Shown here: in pieces, positions 53,301 to 62,300 of the stretch
Position numbering within the stretch: the first letter of the stretch is position 1
Layout of the letters: every line of letters starts with the position of its first letter
The notes under the pieces: model-generated
Told to the model about the DNA's origin: nothing
Seen by the model: the letters and a program-made list of their open reading frames with translations, nothing else
The model's database searches: none
Made by a program: the position numbers and the translations under genes
NCBI GenBank assembly: GCA_964199315.1
Contig: OZ116699.1
Location: forward strand, 13,020,001 to 13,084,000
Source of the DNA: Orbicella franksi
Lineage: Eukaryota
Length of the DNA: 64,000 bases
Reading direction: 5' to 3'

Positions 53301-56300
53301 GCTGCTCATTGTTTGGCTGATTTTCCCTCTTCAGGCACCAATCCTCAAAGTCTCCGACTGACTTTGCTAAACGCAGACAGCTCTCAAGCCCTGCGCGTTG
53401 CCATTTGGTACACCACACCCCAACGGTTGGACGTATACCGCGCAGGTGTCTACATGTACCCGACTAATGCTAAACTCGATGAACAGAACTTCAGCTACAA
53501 AAAGAAAGACCCCAGTCTCCCGGATGACCAGTTTGAGCCTTCGCTTACAAGCAACAGCGGAGCTAACTACTACGATCGAGAAAGCCAACTGTTTTATGTA
53601 GTGGTTAAAGGAAATGTCGCTGTGGACATAAGAACTGCTCCTGTTGTACAAGTCAAACTTGGTAAGAATAGAATGAAAGCTGGAACTATCAAAAACCTCT
53701 GTATTCTCTTAATATTCCTTGATATGGCTCTCAAATTGTTTAATGCAAAGACTGAATTTTTTCTCTTAGGAAGCAAACCTGTTCATTTCAACGACTTTTT
53801 TGAAAAGAATTTAATCCAAAATCTGGCCTCTCTTCTTAATATCGACGAGTCCCGCATTCGGGTGGTCGAGATCGTAAATGCTGCCGGGAGCTCACGAAGA
53901 CGTCGAAGAGAACCCGACGATAAGACGATGACCGTCACTATCGAGATCGGTGATCCGCCGCTGCCTAGCATTGCTTACACGCCAGAGGACAAGTTTGTCC
54001 CTGAAAATTCAAGGTTAGTGAGATACCCCACCTTATGTACGAACGTTTTCATTTCCAAGTTCGTAAGCAAAATATTTCCCAAGTATTTATGTGATGTCGC
54101 TCACATTACTTTTAAGGGAGTTGACGTCAAAATCAAAGGGATTTGATGGTTTTGGTTTTTCTTCAGACTTCTCTCTCAGTTGATTTTTGGGAATCAGGAA
54201 TGGCATTTTGTAGTCATTTCAAATACCTGTTATTTACGAATTTTATTTCTCTCATAGTTTCACCACCGCTCCTCCAGTTACCATAACAACCACAGCCTTA
54301 CCAACCCAGAACCCCACAGATCAGTACGTTGCTCTCCAGTCGTTAGCGTCGAAAGCTGTCGAGGTAGCCCAGACAGGTCGCATGGCTTCCTCACTCAAAC
54401 TCGACATGGTATCGATTGAAGTCACGGATCCCGAACCTCCTCGAAAACTCCCGAAAGGATGGACACGAGCCACGCCCGCAGAGGGTAAAGACATAGAAAT
54501 AAAGAAAGAGAGCGCGCGTGTTTACATATTCTGATTCAAACAGCCGTGAAAGTTTGGGAAATTTTGAACATTAGGATTTCAAAATCATTTTCGAATTCTC
54601 CAAAACTTTCCCAAGTTTTTAAGCTGTGCAAATAAGAATGAGTGACTATATCCCATTCCTTTTAGAAATTCAACAAAATTTTACAAGGCTTCTTCAATTG
54701 TTTTCTCAAGAAAGCAATGATGTTATGGAGTTATTGACTCGCTAACTGTTTTTTTAGCGGGACCAAAGAATGGTACATGGCGGTTTGATCAGGTGGTGTC
54801 CATGAGAGAAGGCAACAAGACCAATCCAGTTCATGATTACCTGATTCCTGTTCGACTGATTGTGATGCAAGAGCCTCAAGGAGCCAATGAAACTGTTCCC
54901 TTCCAAGTTCAACCAAAGCTTATGATGGTCGACAAGCTTAACCGCACTGTACGCACGCTGGGACATGGGTACCAGGGACAGTGGTACGTAGGTCTAAGTG
55001 TTTTGTCCTCATTGCTCATCTTTTTCATTTACAGACTTTCCCATTCTTATTTCCAATGAAAACGTATCTCTTTTGCATTGCAAACTAATGAATACATCGA
55101 GCTGAGTTTGATTTTATTCTGAACATTTGACAGGTATGTGACAGCGTTCATCAAGAATGGAAGTGGAGATCCTGATGCCTTGTTAGGCGGAAATATAACT
55201 GTACCTTTCTCTGATGGCTGGGCAAACTTTACCAACCTGAACATCAGCCACAATGGCACCGATTACGTCTTAGAATACAACATAACCTTCCCCTTTAAAG
55301 CAAACTTTACAGCTCTGTCAGAGCCGTTTGAGGTCAAGGAGCGAGTCTTGTACTTCACACTTGTTAGTCACCCACGTGATGTCAACGAAACTGTTCCTTT
55401 TGGTCAGCAGCCTTTGGTAGAAGTCCGCGACGCTGCTAACGGAGAAGTGGTGACGAATACTGGATGGAAGGGCAGGAAGTGGATTTGCAAGGCGTCTTTA
55501 GTGAATCCTCAGAACCATAAAGGTAAACTTTATGAACACATTTTAAGACAGAAATCACATGCAGGTAAACTCACTGGTGAGAATGTTTGACCTTAATAGA
55601 ATCCACTGCATAGTCTGAGGTACTCTGTCTGATAACACCAATCTTTTGTAGCGAGTTGGTAATAGAATAACCACCATTTATAAGAGACAACGACGTGAAA
55701 AAGTTTTTTTTTTCATTTAATTTATGGAATTTATTCTTTTGTAAAAGTAGCCGTTTATCCACAGAAAGGGATAAATTCGATTTTCGTCTTGTTTCGTTTT
55801 GTTGTCCATTAACAGGAAAGCTGCACGGATTAGCCAGTGTAGAGTTTTCCGTCGGTATTGCGTCCTTCAGTGATCTCTCTATTGATCATGAAGATAAGAA
55901 CTATATCCTTAACTTTGAAGCTTTCACTGTTGCACCATCTCGATACCAGTTCTCTATCAATGCTACTCCATTTGATGTGAAAGAGAGGGTCCTGGAACTG
56001 GTTATAACTCAACAACCAGGTAAGGCCTGTGCTAAAACGCTCTCTTCTCTTGTTATTTCAAGTACAGTTGCACCTCCACTAAAGGTCACCACTTAAAAGC
56101 AGCTAGGATTTCTTTTTCACTTTAACCTTAATGAAATATCACTCTACCGCCTGATCTCTTCAGCGGCCGGTTGATTCTGCCTCCGTTTGGACGTTGAGCA
56201 AGGTTTATTTCTAGTATTTCAAAAATGCTGTGCTTCTAAGGATGATTACACCCATTGCTCAGCTTATACCGGTTGTTCACATATATTCTTCTGATGTTTA

Positions 56301-59300
56301 ATAAAGAGAGGCAGTTATCATAACTTAGTTTTATCTAATAATTCGGAGATTCGCTTTAACTGTTAAGTCACTGTTATTCTTAGCTGTGATCAACATTAAA
56401 TGTGTCCGTTTTCCGCCTTTGGCAGTCAGGCGATACTTCTCGTGTCAGACTCCGTCGCTTGTCTTGTCGATTATGTTTCGCACTTCAAGGCAAGTCTTCA
56501 TTGTGTACAATTGTAACTTCTTTCTCCCATTGGTTAACTGTATAGGTACATAGAGCCTTTGTGTCCTCTTACGTTAAAAACTTGTGTTTTTAAAAATCCT
56601 CCAGGTGACTGTAATGACACCGTTCTATGTGGTTCTCAACCTATCCTCGAAATCCGAGACACAGCTACGAACACTCTGGTTGGGAATTTAGGCTGGCGCA
56701 ATAGAACCTGGACGATTCGAGCATCCATGGAACAGGGAGCTGGAAACGAGGTACTAATCGGCGAAACTCAATTCCAGATCCCAAGCTCTGGACGCGCGGA
56801 GATTTCAAACCTGAGTTTTTATGACGTTGCGTCAGGCTATCGAATGAAATTTAACGTGACTGTCACTCCGTACTCTCAAGCTTACTCGGGACTCTTTGCC
56901 ATATCAAAAACTTTCGATGTAACACCACGGCAGTTCTATCTGAAGGTTGTCACGCAAGTGGCGAATGCGAATCAGTCAGTGGTATTTGGCACGCAACCTG
57001 TTGTGGAGGTACGCGACTTGGGGACAGGAAGAAAAGCCACGCCCCTGAAGTCTCCTTGGTGGGTGGCCGTGTCACTTTACTCTAATCCGAAGCTGGGACA
57101 GTCATTCCTAAATGGAACATTCAATGTTTCAGTAGTCAACGAGCGAGCTGTGTTTACAGACCTTCTTGTGACATTGTATGGGCTTGGTTATGTGTTGAAG
57201 TTTGAGTCAAGGTACGGCCACAGTGTACTGTCAGCTCCTTTTGAGGTAAGTGACTTTGGCTCAGTTCAAGCACCGTTCAGTCTTCTGCAGCAAGTACATT
57301 TTACAACAATACCTTGCGAACCTAACACAGCCTACTACGCAAGATATTTCTGCAGTACTTTTCCTTGCGTATGCTAGGTTTGTAGTTGTTTGAACGTTTG
57401 AGCGTCGTTGAGGCTTTTGTGCATTAATGGAGTAAACAGAGTATATGTACCAGTCGCCATCTTTTTCCTAGGCTACAGGGGGATTAATAGTTGACATCAT
57501 GTGATTACAGTCGACGTTTATTTCTTGACCATGCTCACCTCAAATTCTTGTATACTTTATTGGTTAGAATGTTGATAAAAGACTCAGTTCTGATAATGAA
57601 ACTTCAAGGCATTATGTTGATTATTTATCTCCCAAAGGCCGATTCGTCCTCGTTTATTCAGTTGTCTAATTAGAAACAACGCAAACACTTTCTTTTGTAC
57701 AGGCTTATTCATCTACTTTGGTGGTGCTACTTCTGCTGTTGTTGTCACTGTTGTATTTGTAATCTAAGTAAATAGGGCTTCAAATGTGCTACTTAGAAAA
57801 CGTCTGTATAGTTTTAAAGTTAGCGTAGTTTGTTTATTGTAACAAGCGTATCCTATTTTTCTCTTTTTTTGTTTAGGTCCATTACGTCAATGACTACTCT
57901 CCAGTCTTCACCAGTCGCAATTACAGTGCTACTATCAACGAAGGTGTAGCGATCGGTTATCAGGTCATCAACATCCATGCCACGGACAATGACACAGGAA
58001 GCCAGGGTGACGTCTTCTATGCACTGAACGGGGGAAACATCGGCAGCAGCTTCAACATCAACAGAACCTCCGGTGCCATCACCACCGCCGGCAAAGTAGA
58101 CCGTGAAACAACCGCTGTATACAGCTTGATTGTAAAAGCTTTCGATGGAGCTGTTGAAGAAAAAGTTCGTTTCACCGAGGAGCACGTTATGGTGTATATT
58201 CTCGACCTTAATGACAATGCTCCAGAGTTTACCAACGATGGCCTCACTTCTTTCGTAAAGGAAACCGCTGACATCAATGACGTCATTCTTCGGGTGGACG
58301 CACTGGACCGTGACGCGGGAGAAAACGCTGTGTTGCGATTTTCAATCATATCCGGGAACAGTGATGGTTATTTTGACATCAACCCTGCTACAGGGGACAT
58401 TTTTGTGAACAGATCGCTTGACCTGGAAGGATCAGCCCTACCTCTTCTAAACTACAGCTTAGGTAAAGTTAGATTTTAAAAATATATCAGAGCAAATTGA
58501 CGTATTTACGAGTCAAGAAATGGCATTACAGTTTCTTTTTGTTAAATGCGCGTCACAGATGAGCAACGTTTGTCATTATCAGCAAAACAATGCATTTAAT
58601 GGGCCAAGTGCTCAAAGATTATTTGCATTAAAAGTTTAATTTCAAATTTAACTCTTTTGGAAGGGAAGTACAATGAATCTTCTAATTTTGATATCCGTTG
58701 TTGTTAGAATTGTAGAAATGCTAAAATAATCGTATAATCTTGCCTAAAATGAAACATTGGATCTTTCTGTGCTTGGCTCTTTATGTCGAGGAACTCCTTG
58801 AAGAAAAGCGAGCCTCAAGTATCCAGAAATTATCATGTGAAAATGTTGAGCAAAAAGGACTCTTGAAGTTGTTATCCTTTGCCGCATTTATTACAAACCT
58901 TGAATTATAAGAATTGTCTCGTATGATTCTATGCCGTGCACATAGCCAGTTATGTTTTGATATATTAAAGGTTAACTTGTTTACCGGGTCAACCCTAGCT
59001 TATCTAATATACCAATGCCAATTGGTCAATTTCAGGTATTAACGTGACCGACCAAGGCTTACCCGCGCTGAGTAACTTCACTGTCGTTACAATAAGCATC
59101 TCGCCCGTCAATGAATTCTCGCCCCAGTTTACTCACAATCAATCGGTCTCGGTTATCGTGAAGGAAAATCAGCATCCTGGAAATGGTCTGGTGTTGTTTG
59201 ACGTCAATGCTGCAGATAAAGATTTTGGAGAGCAAGGTATGTAAACTGGAAGATAGATATCAAGGTTAAAGAGAGATTTTTAATTAGCAATTACTAAACG

Positions 59301-62300
59301 GAAAACTTCTCGCCCACAAACCATACTGAAATAGAATATTTTTTCTAAGACCCTTCGAATATGATTTTTAAAAACGAGCTTTACAAACGATCAAAAACAT
59401 GATTCAGTAAATACAAAAGGTTGCAGTCCAGTTCCACTTACACCTTTTTGTGTATTTTTGATCCTTAAGAGTTTTACTAACAACACAGACTTTAGAGCAG
59501 CGATCGCTTATGCTTCGCTTGGGGTCAATATTTTGATGTTCCACTCTTTGATTACACCTACCTCGGTAAAGAGTGTACAACCTTTTTGAGTCTGTGATAA
59601 GGATGGTAAGTTATGTTCAACTCAGTTACAGTTAAGGCGCAGTCAATTTCAACTATTCCTTTTTTCTGTAATCTGTCCTCAGGAAAAGTTCAGTATTCCA
59701 TTTACGACGGTAACAATGACAGCAAATTCCAGGTGAACTCGTCTTCTGGTGTCGTCATGTTGATGTCATCACTGGATTATGAGGCCGCACCTCTCCGTAC
59801 ATTGATAATCCGTGCGTCGGACAGTGATCCTGGCGGTCATGCGCGCTACACTGATTTCTACCTGCACGTGCACGTTGATGATGTAAACGACAATGCTCCA
59901 AGGTTTGCTGGTAGTGTAGTCACTGTACTGGTGCCTGAGACTCTGTCAGTAGGTAAGGAAATTTTTTGGTTTGCTTGTTGACGCTTGACAATAATTCTAG
60001 TACTCTAAATAGGCACTACTAGTATTGTCGTATTTAGATGATGTTCGGTGTTCAAATATGCGTTTGGAAAATTTGCGTGTGGACACTGCGAAAATGACGA
60101 AGAAAGAAGAAGAAAAGAAGAAAAGAAAAGATTTGAGACAAACCTCAGTCAGAGCGCTCACAAGCTCACCGACAGTTCTTTTGTCAGGTTGTTGTCAGAT
60201 AGATCATTTAATTTGTAATTTAAGATAATTTACATGTTACGATTTGTCAGCCCGATTAGTTGGCTCACTCAAACATGCTGGGGTTTGTCGGTCTGAATTC
60301 GTGGAGACATGATACCCACTGGTCTTCAAAAACGTTGTCGAGTAAGATGGCAACATAACAATTTGTTGCTTCTTCGATGAACCACCAAATATATTTTTAA
60401 CAACGTAAGAAATGTTCCATTATATGTTTGTCTTATCCTCGTTTCTGAGTAGTAACGATTGTATTTTAATTCTTCCATGACAGGGAAAGCCGCTGCGAAG
60501 ATCCAGGCCACTGATCAAGACTCGGGTGAAAACGGCCGTGTGACTTACGTCATCGTCTCGGGAAACTCGGACGGGTATTTCAGTCTGAACTCCAACACTG
60601 GTGAACTAACAACACTAAGGAGCCTCGATCTAGAGTCCGCTCAAGCCCCTTACCCAAACTTCACGCTTGTAGTAGTAGCAAGGGATCATGGGAGTCCTCA
60701 GTTGACTAGCAATGCAACATATGTGTTGATGATCAGCAGCGTGAATGAATTCTCGCCACAATTCACACGTCCCGGGTCTTCCTTACAGATTCCGGAAGAT
60801 AATGCTGTGGGGGCCATGTTGCGTCACTTGACTGCCACAGATATGGACTTTGGTCCTGATGGATTGGTCACGTGAGTGTATTTTTTTTTTGTTTGTTTGT
60901 TTTTTTCATTTACAATTACTCAGCATTTTTTCGAGTTCAAATAAGTGTGAACAACAGTTTTAAGTTGAGGTTACCTCTTGACTTGCTATTCTTGGCTATG
61001 GAATTTTATCGTCTAGCCTGCTATTAATGAAGAGTTTAAACCGCACATAACGATGACAGAAACTCTTTTGATAGGCTACTTAGAAATCCTGATGGTAATT
61101 TTTTTCTCTTCTTCTCTTAGGGTCAAAATCTTCATACAACTGTTTTTTTGTTTGTTTGTTTGTTTCTTTTTCTTTTTCTTTTTCTTTTTCTGGTGGAAAA
61201 GGCAGAAGCTAAATGATAAATTAATCCTTTTTCATTTTACATTTCTACATCAGATACCAGATAGTTTCTGGAAACGAAGACAGACGTTTCCGTATTGAAC
61301 CAACTTCCGGAAAAATATTCATTCACGCGCCACTGGATAGAGAGACGAAATCGACATACAGCCTGAAAGTAAAGGCTTTTGATAGGCCCTGTCAAGCAGC
61401 CAATCAGAGGTCATCTATTATCTTTGTGAATGTGACACTGACGGATGTTAATGATAACAAACCAGTCTTCAACAAAGGTTCTTATTACGCCGCTGTCATG
61501 GAGACTGCGAGCATCGGTGGTGACGTCATCACGGTGAAGGCAACTGATGCTGACGCAGGTTTGGGGATGCGTTTTTTTTTTCAATTTTTTTCAAAACGTT
61601 GGACAAATTTTAAGTCAGCGAACACTTTCGAAGACGAGCTTTCATGACGTGGTCACGCAACCACTTGGTGACTATGATGACGAGAGAGGTTGTATCAGCC
61701 CATGGGAGAAGTGAACAGACTTAAAAGCTGTAAGGACTAAATATCTGCCGCAATCTACTCCAATACTTTGCTAATGGAGGCAATGAATGGTTTGAAAACT
61801 GAACAGAAAATTTGAAAATTTATGACTTGTTTATGAAGTAAACAAAGCACAAGGCAAGGTTTGGGTTTATGATGTGTACTGTGTCACTTAAAATGCACAG
61901 AATAGCTCGTTTTAGTCCTTAATATCTCTACTATGTTATGTTACAGGAGTAAATGGCCAAGTTCAATACAAAATCAAGTCTGGCAACAATCATGAGTTCT
62001 TTGACATCGACACTGACACTGGGACAATACGAGTTAAAAACAGCCTCGATCTGGAATCACAAAAACACGTGGATGATTTACTGTACACTCTGACAGTTGA
62101 AGCATCGGATAGAGGTCAAGTATCACTTAGCAACGATGTGCTGGTTACCATAGAAATAAAGTGTGTGAACGAGTTCCCGCCAAAGCTACAACATTCCGAA
62201 AGTATTTACGTGAAAATCCCAGAAGACACTGCCATTGGCGCGAGAGTTGCAGATATCAATGCGACTGATAAAGACTTTGGCCTAGATGGAATACTCACTT

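Noticed and set aside
57246-57876. Independent promoter and signal-peptide exon for a separate cadherin gene
   Set aside because: The only hydrophobic stretch (57703-57762) has no upstream in-frame Met and no phase-0 donor. ORF 57491-57673 lacks signal-peptide character. The F-E|V motif continuity favours a single gene, though transcript data are needed.
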